DNA from: Deltaproteobacteria bacterium
GTDB taxonomy: Bacteria > SAR324 > NAC60-12
Assembly (NCBI GenBank): GCA_018645085.1
Contig: JABGPG010000136.1
Span: 10,603 to 74,602, forward strand
Length of the DNA: 64,000 bases
Direction of reading: 5' to 3'
Positions 9,566 to 19,437 of the stretch are shown in pieces. The notes under the pieces are model-generated. The model saw only the letters and a program-made list of their open reading frames with translations, was not told the origin of the DNA and searched no databases. A program made the position numbers and the translations under genes. Each line of letters starts with the position of its first letter. Positions within the stretch are counted from its first letter, which is position 1.

Positions 9566-10864
9566 CTATTTTTGAGTTTGTCTAGCCAATGTTTTAGTTT
9601 CAGCAAGATAACGCCGGATCCGGCCAACTCCTTGTGCATAAAGTTTTATGCCCGGACTTTTCTCGAGTGCAGTAATGTAAAATCTACGTGCATCCTCGTA
9701 ATCTTCCGGGCTTAAAGCTCCTGCTTCATAAGCCAAACCTAAATTATACCAATCTTGAGATTCTCTTTTTTCAGCCGGAATTGCCTCGATGAGCTTCCGG
9801 ACTTTTTGTGATTTTCCTTCTTTGAGCAAATTCCCTGCTTTTGCTCTACCGCCTTCTGCAACCTCGGCTTCAACCATTTGCTTGTATGGAGAAATTGTGC
9901 GGATGAATGATTCCAAAGTGCGCTTCACTAATTGCTGAATCACCTTCCTTTTTTCTTTGGGAGGGAGATCGTAAATATCCGGAATGGCTAATCCTTTTGG
10001 TCCATAGAAAATTTGTTTTGGATTACTGCGTGAAGCTAAAGCAAGCTGGCGGCTAGGTATTGGGAAAATAGGAATTCTAGTGATACTGAGCAGGCTGCCT
10101 AAAGTCAGAGAAATGAGGTGGCTTTCTTTGATGTTACGGTAGGAATCTTTTTCGATAATACTGCGGCCGAAACTGGCTGAATCTGCACGTATTGCCAGAG
10201 TTTCCCTGCTTAAGCCAATCATGTTAAAACTGAAATTAGCCTGAGCAAAAAGTGAAATATTTTTGTAATCGTAAATCCGCACAACCTGGTTTTTAGGTGG
10301 AATAACGTTATTTAAACCTGCGAGCGAAAATGCGGATGAAAGTACCAGCTCCGCCGCATTACTGGCAAAAGTTCCTCTACGGCAAACATATCCACGCCAT
10401 TTATCTAAAGTAATTGCTTCATTTGTAATTGCTGCTGCTCCAGCTGAGGACAGTCTCCCGCTGATTCCACCTGTGCAGGTGGCAAGGTCAGTAAACTGTC
10501 CGTGGTCCACCTCCCCGCCGCTGATGACTTCTCCCTGAATTATCGCAACAGTTTCCTTTTCTGAATCAAACTGGCTGCCGTCTAAAGTATTCACTACACT
10601 GACTTTGAAACGTCCGAAACGATTGAGTTCATCCGCCAGTTGTTGAAGGACTTGATTTTTAATGCCAAGTTTATCATTTGTTTCATCCACCAGATCTGCG
10701 CGGATAAACACTTTTTTTACGTCACGAGGAATGGTAATTCTGGAAGGCCGCTGCACTTCAAACTGTGAAACATTAAGTCTGGTACAGGCAGAGACAAGTA
10801 TTGAGGCACACAGGCATAATAAAAGAGTAAAAGATTTCTTGGAAGATAATTTTGTTTTTTTCAT
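9566..10864 (-). CDS. Putative lipoprotein with C-terminal TPR (paralog 1)
   Basis: Lipobox LVSAC, then EVQRPSRI; C-terminal DWYNLGLAYEA TPR. Confidence 0.8.
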   Translation of the reverse strand: MKKTKLSSKKSFTLLLCLCASILVSACTRLNVSQFEVQRPSRITIPRDVKKVFIRADLVDETNDKLGIKNQVLQQLADELNRFGRFKVSVVNTLDGSQFDSEKETVAIIQGEVISGGEVDHGQFTDLATCTGGISGRLSSAGAAAITNEAITLDKWRGYVCRRGTFASNAAELVLSSAFSLAGLNNVIPPKNQVVRIYDYKNISLFAQANFSFNMIGLSRETLAIRADSASFGRSIIEKDSYRNIKESHLISLTLGSLLSITRIPIFPIPSRQLALASRSNPKQIFYGPKGLAIPDIYDLPPKEKRKVIQQLVKRTLESFIRTISPYKQMVEAEVAEGGRAKAGNLLKEGKSQKVRKLIEAIPAEKRESQDWYNLGLAYEAGALSPEDYEDARRFYITALEKSPGIKLYAQGVGRIRRYLAETKTLARQTQK

Positions 10865-10872
10865 GTCTGCAT

Positions 10873-12285
10873 TCAGCCTGCTAAAAGTCCGGGTAATTCA
10901 CAGCGTACACAACCTTGATGAAAGTTGCGGCAAAAATCATGTTGAATTTGTATCAAACCCTGCCGATTTCCAAAAGTGTTCAGCTTCAGTTTAGGTGATT
11001 TAGGCAATTCAGAAAACCATAATCGTTTTTCCATGAAACGTGTTTTGCTGTTTGATGCCTCTGCGGGTAAAATCATAAATAAGCGATAAAGCAGTTTTTC
11101 CAGTTCCGGTTCATTTTCGTATCTTGCATAGGCCAGGAAGAATGGTAAAACGGCATTTGCCCAAAGAATTATTTGACGATCCTTGCCTACAAGCTGAGAT
11201 GAGTATGTCTGCTTTGATTTCCCTAAAACAAGATGCTTCTGCCAGACTTCCCAATCCGGAGTTGAAAATAGTTTTTCAGTTTCAGACAGTGCCTGCCGCC
11301 GCAATTCTTTTTCATCTGCAAACTGACTCAGCTTACGGAACACCAGCAACCAGCGTTTGAGCAAACCCTCATTTGCTACACAGTATAAATGATGGAACAT
11401 GCCGAGCAGCCGTCTCTCCGGAGTATTTTGTGGACGGTAAGCTTGTGAAAATTTTTGGGAAACTTGAGGTTGTTCAGGAAGTTCCTGCCAGGCAGTTTTC
11501 CACTGTAGGAATTCATGGCGTACAGACGGATCAGCAATTGTATGTTCTGTGGAAAATAATCCACATGCACCAAACCAGCGTGAAAGAACGAGCGTCCGTG
11601 TTGTCCGCTGAGACTGCCTGAACAAAGGTCGGAGTTCACTAAACTGATATTGTTTTGCAAGTTCTTCAAAAACCTGGGCAAACGGTGAATAACCTAATGA
11701 TTTGAACAACAACTGAAAAAGCAATTCTTCAGAATTCTGTTCATTCCAGCGCTTTAGCAACAGCTGCATTTTCTCCTGGATTCGCTGCTCTGCAGCATGA
11801 CCAATGATTTTTTTCAGCGTTTTCGCACCATGTTCAACCGCCGTCACTCCGCAACGTCCGGGAAGTTCTCCGAAAAATTTTAAGTCCGCCCGGGCTTCCG
11901 TTTCTGAGGTAGATGGTGTTTTGTTGATAACAGAAGCTAATTCCAGCTCCGGAATTTCACAGTTATCCTCACGTTGAATTAACCGTTTTCCACTGTTGTA
12001 AAGAACGACGTGTAAAACCACGGAATTGTAGACCGGATTTTTTTCGTGTTGATGTGCATACCATCCGGAAGAATCGACATGAATTTCCACTGCACCAAAA
12101 AGCGTATGTTCACCAATTTGTAGTCGTGCTTCCTTGAAGTCAGGTCCGCTTCCGGAATTGTGCCAGCCCGCAAACTCAATTTTTACTGCCTTACCGCAAA
12201 CTGTACGTAGCTTTTCCTTTGCAAAATCCTGCTCTGCCCAGATTTGCTGGATTGCCATTTCTGGAATCGAGAGCTTGTTTAACAT
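10873..12285 (-). CDS. DUF2851 family protein
   Basis: GWHNSGSGPDF, GAVEIH, WYAHQHEKNPVYNSVVLHVV, RPQNTPERRL, C-terminal QGLIQ...FC...CVRC. Confidence 0.85.
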   Translation of the reverse strand: MLNKLSIPEMAIQQIWAEQDFAKEKLRTVCGKAVKIEFAGWHNSGSGPDFKEARLQIGEHTLFGAVEIHVDSSGWYAHQHEKNPVYNSVVLHVVLYNSGKRLIQREDNCEIPELELASVINKTPSTSETEARADLKFFGELPGRCGVTAVEHGAKTLKKIIGHAAEQRIQEKMQLLLKRWNEQNSEELLFQLLFKSLGYSPFAQVFEELAKQYQFSELRPLFRQSQRTTRTLVLSRWFGACGLFSTEHTIADPSVRHEFLQWKTAWQELPEQPQVSQKFSQAYRPQNTPERRLLGMFHHLYCVANEGLLKRWLLVFRKLSQFADEKELRRQALSETEKLFSTPDWEVWQKHLVLGKSKQTYSSQLVGKDRQIILWANAVLPFFLAYARYENEPELEKLLYRLFMILPAEASNSKTRFMEKRLWFSELPKSPKLKLNTFGNRQGLIQIQHDFCRNFHQGCVRCELPGLLAG

Positions 12286-12295
12286 GAACCGTTAA

Positions 12296-12324
12296 TTGAC
12301 AAGATGAGAAAAAATACGTAAAAT
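12296..12324 (+). promoter_or_regulatory. Candidate sigma70 promoter of trpBA
   Basis: TTGACA-N17-TAAAAT. Confidence 0.6.
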
Positions 12325-12374
12325 CTTAACTTAAATCATAAACCAGATAGTCCAAAGATTCAATAAAGTCCAAG

Positions 12375-13616
12375 ATGCCCACTCAATCTATTAATCCTGA
12401 TGCTTCCGGTTATTACGGTGAATACGGAGGCATGTTCATTCCTGAAATATTACGTACTACTTTTGACGAGTTAATTGCTGCTTTTAACGAAGCCAAGTCC
12501 GACCCAGGTTTTTGGCAAAGTTATCTAGATGTAATGCAGAATTATTCGTGCCGTCCTACGCCGATTACACATCTGGAAAATTTCGCAGAAGTATTAGGCG
12601 GTAAGTTTGAGGTTTTTTGCAAACGGGAAGATTTAAACCATACAGGAGCACACAAAGCGAACAATTGTATGGGGCAGGGTTTGCTCGTACAACGCATGGG
12701 TAAAAAACGGGTAATTGCTGAAACAGGTGCAGGACAGCACGGAGTGGCCACCGCAACTATGGCTGCGAGAATGGGACTCGAATGCACAGTTTATATGGGT
12801 GCGGTTGATGTGGAACGTCAACGTCCAAATGTTTTCTGGATGGAACAACTGGGTGCGACTGTCGTTTCTGTTACTGAAGGTACGGCAACGCTTAAGGATG
12901 CCATCAATGCAGCGATGCGTGACTGGGCGGAAAGTATGGAGACCACACATTATGTTCTAGGCACGACCTGCGGTCCGCATCCTTTTCCGGAAATGGTGTC
13001 CTGGTTTCAGTCAATTATTGGTCAGGAATCACGTCAGCAAATGTTGAAAATAAATGGTAAATTACCTGACAAAATATATGCTTGTGTTGGGGGCGGTTCA
13101 AACGCCAGTGGAATTTTTCTACCGTTTCTGGAAGATAAAGATGTGGAACTGGTTGGTGTTGAAGCCGGAGGTCACGGACTTGATTCCGGACAGCACGCAG
13201 CACGTTTTTCCGGAGGCACAGTAGGAGTAGCGCAGGGATACAAAACATATTTTTTTCAGGACGACGAAGGACAAATGATGCACACGCATTCGATTGCGGC
13301 GGGGCTGGACTACATTGGAGTCAGTCCGATTCTGAGTCATCTTCACGATCAAAAGCGTATCCGTTTTACCGCGGCAACGGATGATGCGGTTATTTCTGCC
13401 ACCAAACTGCTGATCCGTACAGAAGGCATAATCCCGGCTTTGGAGAGCGGCCATGCTTTTGCTGCAGTAGTTGAAGAAGCTCCGGACATTCCGGATGGAA
13501 GCCAGGTATTGATCAACCTTTCCGGACGTGGTGACAAAGATATTTTCAATATTGCTGAGGCCATCGGTGATGAAAAATGGGATGAGTTTTTGAGAGCAAA
13601 AGCACAGAGAAAATGA
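12375..13616 (+). CDS. trpB: Tryptophan synthase beta chain
   Basis: KREDLNHTGAHK (PLP lysine), AETGAGQHG, CVGGGSNA, NLSGRGDKD. Confidence 0.97.
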   Translation: MPTQSINPDASGYYGEYGGMFIPEILRTTFDELIAAFNEAKSDPGFWQSYLDVMQNYSCRPTPITHLENFAEVLGGKFEVFCKREDLNHTGAHKANNCMGQGLLVQRMGKKRVIAETGAGQHGVATATMAARMGLECTVYMGAVDVERQRPNVFWMEQLGATVVSVTEGTATLKDAINAAMRDWAESMETTHYVLGTTCGPHPFPEMVSWFQSIIGQESRQQMLKINGKLPDKIYACVGGGSNASGIFLPFLEDKDVELVGVEAGGHGLDSGQHAARFSGGTVGVAQGYKTYFFQDDEGQMMHTHSIAAGLDYIGVSPILSHLHDQKRIRFTAATDDAVISATKLLIRTEGIIPALESGHAFAAVVEEAPDIPDGSQVLINLSGRGDKDIFNIAEAIGDEKWDEFLRAKAQRK

Positions 13617-13653
13617 GACAAATTCCGTTTGCTAATTTCAAATTTATAATTTC

Positions 13654-14463
13654 ATGAACCTGACAAAATATTTAAAAAACCGACTCGCTCCACTTTCCGG
13701 GGGAACTGAGGATTCGGAAACAAACCGCAAAATCCTGTTGATGACCCATGTCGTTGTGGGTTATCCATCTTTAGAAGCAAATTGGAAAATGCTGGAAGCG
13801 ATGGGTGAAGCTGATGTGGATTTGGTTGAACTGCAGATGCCTTTCAGCGAACCAAGCGCAGACGGGCCGCTTTTTGTCAAAGCAAATCAAGAGGCTCTCC
13901 GGAATGGTATACGCTGGAAAGATTATTTTGATTTGATGCAGCGTGCCAGTGAACGCTTTGATTTTCCGCTGTTGATGATGGGTTATTTCAATACGGCATT
14001 TGCCATGGGATTTGAAAATTACTGCGCAAATATCCGCAAAAATGGCGGTGAAGGTTTTATCATTCCGGATTTGCCACTGGAAGAATATGGTGATTTATTT
14101 GAACTCAGCAGGCAGCATGAGCTTGATCCGATCATGCTCTGTACTCCGACCAACACAGAGGAGCGACTACGTAAAATATGCAGTCATGGCAGCGGTTTTA
14201 TTTACTGCGTTGCCAGAAAAGGAGTTACTGGTAAAAACACGAAGTTGGACAAAAGCGCGGAAAAATTTTTAGAACAATGCCGTCTCTACACTGATCTGCC
14301 GCTGGCTTTGGGTTTTGGTTTGTCACAAGCAGAAGATTTACGCCAGTTACATGGTAAAGCGGAAATTGCAATCGTAGGTTCTGCTTTGCTGAAAACCTGG
14401 GAAGCAGAAGGTGAAATCGGTTATCGTAAACATTTGATGTCTTTGGCTGCTGCCAGAGAATGA
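13654..14463 (+). CDS. trpA: Tryptophan synthase alpha chain
   Basis: ELQMPFSEPSADGP, IIPDLP, GVTG, GFG, IVGSA; follows trpB. Confidence 0.95.
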   Translation: MNLTKYLKNRLAPLSGGTEDSETNRKILLMTHVVVGYPSLEANWKMLEAMGEADVDLVELQMPFSEPSADGPLFVKANQEALRNGIRWKDYFDLMQRASERFDFPLLMMGYFNTAFAMGFENYCANIRKNGGEGFIIPDLPLEEYGDLFELSRQHELDPIMLCTPTNTEERLRKICSHGSGFIYCVARKGVTGKNTKLDKSAEKFLEQCRLYTDLPLALGFGLSQAEDLRQLHGKAEIAIVGSALLKTWEAEGEIGYRKHLMSLAAARE

Positions 14464-14636
14464 TTTTAAAAACAATGTCTGTACAGATTAGTGACGCTGA
14501 GATCATTGCTTATGCGAACGCTGCAGCGGTTATGCTTAAAAAGCTGCTTAGTACTGATGAAGTAGCTGAACTATCGGCAGGTGAGCCGATGACGCACAAA
14601 TTGTTCCCGCTTATCTGGCCTGCAAATTTGGCATAA
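14460..14636 (+). CDS. Small 58-aa ORF below the ORF-track cutoff; hypothetical protein or gene remnant
   Basis: ATGA overlap with the trpA stop. Translates MILKTMSVQISDAEIIAYANAAAVMLKKLLSTDEVAELSAGEPMTHKLFPLIWPANLA and fills the trpA-mutS gap. Confidence 0.4.
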   Translation: MILKTMSVQISDAEIIAYANAAAVMLKKLLSTDEVAELSAGEPMTHKLFPLIWPANLA

Positions 14637-14663
14637 ATATTTTTTTCCTCTACAGAAATACCC

Positions 14664-17441
14664 ATGTCTGTTCCTCAAGTTGAAACACCGATGATGCGTC
14701 AGTTCAATGCCATCAAACGGGAACATCCGGATAAACTCCTGTTTTACCGCATGGGTGATTTTTACGAAATGTTTGGAGATGACGCGATTGTAGGTGCAAA
14801 AGTTTTGCAAATTGCCCTGACTTCTCGGGATAAAAAAAAGTCATTACCGATGTGTGGTGTACCTTACCGTGCCTATGAACAATACTTAAACAAACTGACG
14901 GCTGCAGGTTACAAAGTGGCCATTTGTGAGCAAATGGAAGATCCTGCCAAAGCACAGGGTCTGGTAGCGCGGGATGTTGTCAGAGTTGTAACGCCCGGAA
15001 CTACAGTTTCACCTCAATTGATTGATCCGGATCGTAATCATTATTTACTGGCAATTAACGTGGTTTTGCGTTCACAATGTCTGGGCATTGCCTTTGCTGA
15101 TCTTTCTACAGGTGAGTTTGAAGTTGCAGAGTTTAATCTGCATGAAACTCACCGATTCTACGATTTCCTCGCACAACTGACACCGCAGGAAATTCTCCTC
15201 ACCCAAAGCCGTTCCGCAGCAGAATCTCTCTTTCTGGAGGAGCTGGTGCAGCGTATGACACAGTTGCTAGATAGGGAAAATACCTCAGAAGGAACATCGG
15301 CAGACTTGCTGAAAAAAGAAGCAGGTTTTCCGGACGGACAGGTTTTTCCATCAACAGGACTTTTTAATTTTATTGACCCATATTATTTTGATAAAGAAGC
15401 AACTGAGCGTAGTTTAAAAAAGCATTTTGAAACGCTGAATCTTTCCGGATTTGGAGTAGATGATTTAGCACATGGAATATCTGCCGCAGGCGCGTTATTA
15501 CGTTATTTGGAGGAAACTCAAAAATGTGACTTGAGTCATTTTACTGCTTTGCGGAGGCATTCTTTTGAAAAAACTATGCTGCTGGATGAAGCAACTGTTG
15601 CGAATCTTGAACTCTTTGAAAGTCAGTCCGGAGTTAGGAAACACACTCTATTTCATATACTTAATCATACTCAGACTCCAATGGGTGCACGCCTTTTCAG
15701 GCAGTGGCTGCGGCAGCCGTTGCTTGAGATTGAAGCAATAAATGAACGTTTTGACTGTATCGAAGAGTTCAGGGTTAATTTTATGCTCTGTGAAAAATTT
15801 CGTGAAAGTTTGAACGTGATTCAGGATCTACCGCGTATCATGGGGCGTATCAATTTGCCGGTGACAGGGATAAATGACCTTGTAGCCCTACGTGAATCAC
15901 TGGAACCTGTGCAGAAACTTCCACTCTATTTAGGGGAATTACAATCACCGTTGTTGAAAATAATTGCTGAAAAATTTGATCCGTTGACAGATTTGTTAAC
16001 TCTGCTGCATCAACATTTACTGGATGCACCTTCAGTTAAATTGAGAGAAGGTGGATTTATAGCAGCAGGAATTTCAGCAGAATTGGATGAACTGCGTGAC
16101 ATTTCGAGAAATTCAAAACAATTTCTCAATGAAATGCTGTTGGAGGAACGCGAGAAAACAGGAATAAGCTCCTTAAAAATAAGTTACAACAAAGTTTTTG
16201 GTTACTACCTTGAAGTCAGTAACGCTCATAAAACGTCAGTTCCTGAAAATTATATCCGTAAACAGACTCTGGTAAATGCTGAACGTTACATTACTGCCGA
16301 GCTCAAAGAATTTGAGGAAAAAATACTCACTGCAGAAGAGCGGATAGGTGAATTGGAGTATGAACTGTTTCAACAGTTAAAAACAGAGATCAATACACAC
16401 ACCAGACGTGTCCAGCAAACCGCACAGGATATCGCTGTCGCGGATACATTGGCAGGACTAGCTTATGTTGCAGAACACAATCACTACGTGCGGCCAGGTC
16501 TGCTTCCATTGCAGGCACCTAGAAAATTGTTTTTGAAAGATTGCCGACATCCTGTCATTGAACAAATTGACTTGGGTGAGGTTTTTGTGCCGAATGATTT
16601 AGATTTAGCAGAAACTAAATGCCGTATCATGTTGATCACAGGACCGAACATGGCAGGTAAATCGACCTACATGCGCCAAGTCGCCTTAAATGTACTGATG
16701 GCTCAATGTGGAAGTTTTGTTCCCGCAGCGAGCGCAGAACTGTCTGTGGTTGACCGTATTTTCACCCGTGTTGGAGCTTCTGATAATCTGACTCTTGGTC
16801 AAAGCACTTTTATGCTGGAAATGAATGAAGCAGCAGCAATTTTAAATAATGCCACGGACCGTAGTTTAATAATTCTGGATGAAATCGGCAGGGGGACTAG
16901 CACTTTTGACGGTATCAGCATTGCCTGGGCAATTGTTGAACATTTACAAAAATTGAATGCTCTTACACTTTGTGCAACACATTACCATGAATTGACTGCT
17001 CTTGCACAGGAATTGGACTCTGTTGAGAATTTCAGCGTACGTGTAGAAGAAGAAGGTGAACAAATCGTTTTCTTGCGTAAAATCGTTGCCGGAGAGGCAG
17101 ATAAAAGCTATGGAGTTCAAGTCGCAAGGTTGGCGGGACTGCCTAAAAGTGTAGTAAAACGCGCACTTGATGTGATGGAACAATTGGAAGAGACGTCAAT
17201 GGTCCACCATTTGCCTATACCTATAGATGAGGCAAAGAGAAAAAAAGATTTATTGACTGAGGTAAGTGATAAATCGAGTAGTTCATGGAATGTTTCTGCG
17301 GATGCAGATCCTCAATTGTCTTTGTTTCCTGAAGAATCCATCTATCTCGATGAATTGCGTACATTAAATTTGAATGAGATGACGCCTCTGCAGGCCTTAA
17401 ATTATCTTCATGAACTTACTGTTAGACTGCGGCAGGAGTGA
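14664..17441 (+). CDS. mutS: DNA mismatch repair protein MutS
   Basis: TPMMRQF, RMGDFYEMF, ITGPNMAGKSTYMRQ, ILDEIGRGTST, SYGVQVARLAG. Confidence 0.98.
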   Translation: MSVPQVETPMMRQFNAIKREHPDKLLFYRMGDFYEMFGDDAIVGAKVLQIALTSRDKKKSLPMCGVPYRAYEQYLNKLTAAGYKVAICEQMEDPAKAQGLVARDVVRVVTPGTTVSPQLIDPDRNHYLLAINVVLRSQCLGIAFADLSTGEFEVAEFNLHETHRFYDFLAQLTPQEILLTQSRSAAESLFLEELVQRMTQLLDRENTSEGTSADLLKKEAGFPDGQVFPSTGLFNFIDPYYFDKEATERSLKKHFETLNLSGFGVDDLAHGISAAGALLRYLEETQKCDLSHFTALRRHSFEKTMLLDEATVANLELFESQSGVRKHTLFHILNHTQTPMGARLFRQWLRQPLLEIEAINERFDCIEEFRVNFMLCEKFRESLNVIQDLPRIMGRINLPVTGINDLVALRESLEPVQKLPLYLGELQSPLLKIIAEKFDPLTDLLTLLHQHLLDAPSVKLREGGFIAAGISAELDELRDISRNSKQFLNEMLLEEREKTGISSLKISYNKVFGYYLEVSNAHKTSVPENYIRKQTLVNAERYITAELKEFEEKILTAEERIGELEYELFQQLKTEINTHTRRVQQTAQDIAVADTLAGLAYVAEHNHYVRPGLLPLQAPRKLFLKDCRHPVIEQIDLGEVFVPNDLDLAETKCRIMLITGPNMAGKSTYMRQVALNVLMAQCGSFVPAASAELSVVDRIFTRVGASDNLTLGQSTFMLEMNEAAAILNNATDRSLIILDEIGRGTSTFDGISIAWAIVEHLQKLNALTLCATHYHELTALAQELDSVENFSVRVEEEGEQIVFLRKIVAGEADKSYGVQVARLAGLPKSVVKRALDVMEQLEETSMVHHLPIPIDEAKRKKDLLTEVSDKSSSSWNVSADADPQLSLFPEESIYLDELRTLNLNEMTPLQALNYLHELTVRLRQE

Positions 17442-17487
17442 GGAACTCCAGGCAGATAATTTTAAACAACATATTTGAATAACAAAA

Positions 17488-17985
17488 ATGAGAATTGCAG
17501 TTTACCCTACAAGTGCTAATCCTCCTACTTTTGGTCACGCAGATATTTTGGTGCGAACGAGCAAACAGTTTGATCATGTATATTGGTCTGCAGCCATGAA
17601 TGCTGAAAAACAATATATGTTTAGCGAAGAAGTACGACTGCAGATGATGAATGAATATGTGCAGCATTATCAGTTAAAAAATGTCTCTGTTGAAGCTTTT
17701 AAAGGCTCAACCATACGTTACGTACAGCAACGTAAAGCGCAAGTAATTGTGAAAGGTTTAAGAAGTCTGGAAGATTTTCAGGGCGAATTTCAGCAGGCAG
17801 TAGGTAACAAAGGTATTGACCAGGAAATTGAAACATTCTGTTTATTTGGCAAACCTGATCTTTTTGCTATTAGTTCGACTCTTGTACGTGAATTAGCATT
17901 TATGGGAGAGTCGATAGAAGCATACGTACTACCTTCAGTAGCAGAAATAGTTGCAAAAGTTATTCAAAATAATCCTAAAAATTAA
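17488..17985 (+). CDS. coaD: Phosphopantetheine adenylyltransferase
   Basis: AVYPTSANPPTFGH (variant of YPGxFDPxTxGH), KGLR, ISSTLVRE. Confidence 0.88.
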   Translation: MRIAVYPTSANPPTFGHADILVRTSKQFDHVYWSAAMNAEKQYMFSEEVRLQMMNEYVQHYQLKNVSVEAFKGSTIRYVQQRKAQVIVKGLRSLEDFQGEFQQAVGNKGIDQEIETFCLFGKPDLFAISSTLVRELAFMGESIEAYVLPSVAEIVAKVIQNNPKN

Positions 17986-18004
17986 TCTAGAGAAAACCAA
18001 TTCA

Positions 18005-18661
18005 ATGAGTGTAATCAAACTACGTATAGACTATCTTTTTTTTGGTGGATTAGGTTTTGCTTTTCTACTGTCCATAATGACGGCGGATTTTCAGGATCCG
18101 ACAGTCTTTAATCAGTTATACCCCTCTGCAGGAATTAAAAACTGGATTGGCTTGATCGGCGCAATCACAGGAGGTTCTTTACTGGAAATTTTTGGCCCGT
18201 CAGTCTTATTGCTGCCATGGCTCTTTGTGCGTATATTTTTGCACCAACCACGTAGTGTTTCTGTTCTAGCAGGAACTTATTATGCGTTTGTACTCGTTTT
18301 TTTACTTTCGATATTTCATGAACTTGCTTTACAGTTTGCTCTGCTAGAATCAGTAAATTCAGCTTTTTTATGGCAAAATGGCTATGCAGCTAAATTAGCA
18401 GTAAAGTGGCTGGAGCAGTCGATGGATCTTGCTTTATGTTCAACTGCTCTGTCAGTTATGTTTATTATATCTTTAGTACGTATGTCCCAGCTGCTCTCAC
18501 CACTGCCTTTATTTTCGGCGGTATTGACAGGAATCCAAAACATACTCACACTGTTGGTCAACAAAATCAGCCCTCCTCCCGCACCGGAATTTCTACCTGC
18601 TGCAGATTTAGCTAATTTCAACGCACATTCACATCTTAAAGAAAATTCAACCGTATCATAA
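18005..18661 (+). CDS. Membrane protein resembling the FtsK N-terminal 4TM domain, with no motor domain
   Basis: TM helix, then DP...KNWIGLIGAITGGSLLEIFG, then further TMs; ends after about 218 aa. Confidence 0.6.
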   Translation: MSVIKLRIDYLFFGGLGFAFLLSIMTADFQDPTVFNQLYPSAGIKNWIGLIGAITGGSLLEIFGPSVLLLPWLFVRIFLHQPRSVSVLAGTYYAFVLVFLLSIFHELALQFALLESVNSAFLWQNGYAAKLAVKWLEQSMDLALCSTALSVMFIISLVRMSQLLSPLPLFSAVLTGIQNILTLLVNKISPPPAPEFLPAADLANFNAHSHLKENSTVS

Positions 18662-18816
18662 TTCTAATAGAGTGAGTAATCTTAATCCTGTGTTCTGCTA
18701 AACTTGCAGATCTTGATATTTTCGCAGGATCGAGTCAGTCTAAACTGATAACTCTGAATCCTATACCAAGTTTTTGCACAGCAGAAGTTTTAATCTTAAC
18801 AATAAACAGAGATAAC

Positions 18817-19035
18817 ATGCAGATTAAGATATATTACTGTGTGGTTTGAAACTACAAACCCAGCGCGGTCAGTTTGGCTGCGGAATTAAAAGAATCATTC
18901 GATGTTGAAACCGAACTTCTTTCAGGTGAAAGAGGAGATTTTGAAGTGCTTGTGAATGAAGAAAAAGTGTTTTCTAAGAAAAAACTGGCAAGATTCCCTG
19001 AGCCTGGAGAAATAACTCAACTAATCCGGCAGTGA
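18817..19035 (+). CDS. SelW/SelT/SelH (Rdx) family selenoprotein with CxxU motif
   Basis: MQIKIYYCVV-UGA(18847-18849)-NYKPSAVSLAAELKESF...GERGDFEVLVNEEKVFSKKKLARFPEPGEI. Rdx motifs lie on both sides of the in-frame TGA. Confidence 0.9.
18865..18881 (+). promoter_or_regulatory. Candidate bacterial SECIS hairpin
   Basis: GCGGUC-AGUUU-GGCUGC, 6 bp including two G-U pairs, 15 nt after the UGA. Confidence 0.6.
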
Positions 19036-19159
19036 TTGTTCCTGAAAAACCTGTGCCGTCAGTGTCTCAACCCGTAAAGGAGTTACGGATTTACACTTAA
19101 ATTGAGGGTTGAGTTAATCAAATCAACCCATATTAATTAGTGTGTGATAATGTCTGGCG

Positions 19160-19203
19160 AAAAAAAGGCATGAAGGTCACTTAGTTAAAAACGACCTTTT
19201 GCA
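19160..19203 (-). terminator. Rho-independent terminator after rpsU
   Basis: Minus-strand AAGGTC...GACCTT stem followed by a T7 run. Confidence 0.55.
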
Positions 19204-19218
19204 AATGCAGGAATAATC

Positions 19219-19437
19219 TTAGAAATCTGCTTTTAGCGCAGCTCGTATTTCGCGCTTGAGATCTTTGTTGCGTTGTTTTGCTGCTGCTTCACGCTTTAGA
19301 CGTTTTGCTAAAGATGGTTTGCAGTGATATTTACGTTTCTTTATTTCTTTAAAAAGTCCTTCTCTGATCAAGGTGCGCTTCAATTGCATCATTGACCGAC
19401 CGACGTTTCCGTCACGAACTTCTACTCTAATTGGCAT
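19219..19437 (-). CDS. rpsU: 30S ribosomal protein S21
   Basis: GLFKEIKKRKYHCKPS..RLKREAA bS21 motif. Confidence 0.92.
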   Translation of the reverse strand: MPIRVEVRDGNVGRSMMQLKRTLIREGLFKEIKKRKYHCKPSLAKRLKREAAAKQRNKDLKREIRAALKADF

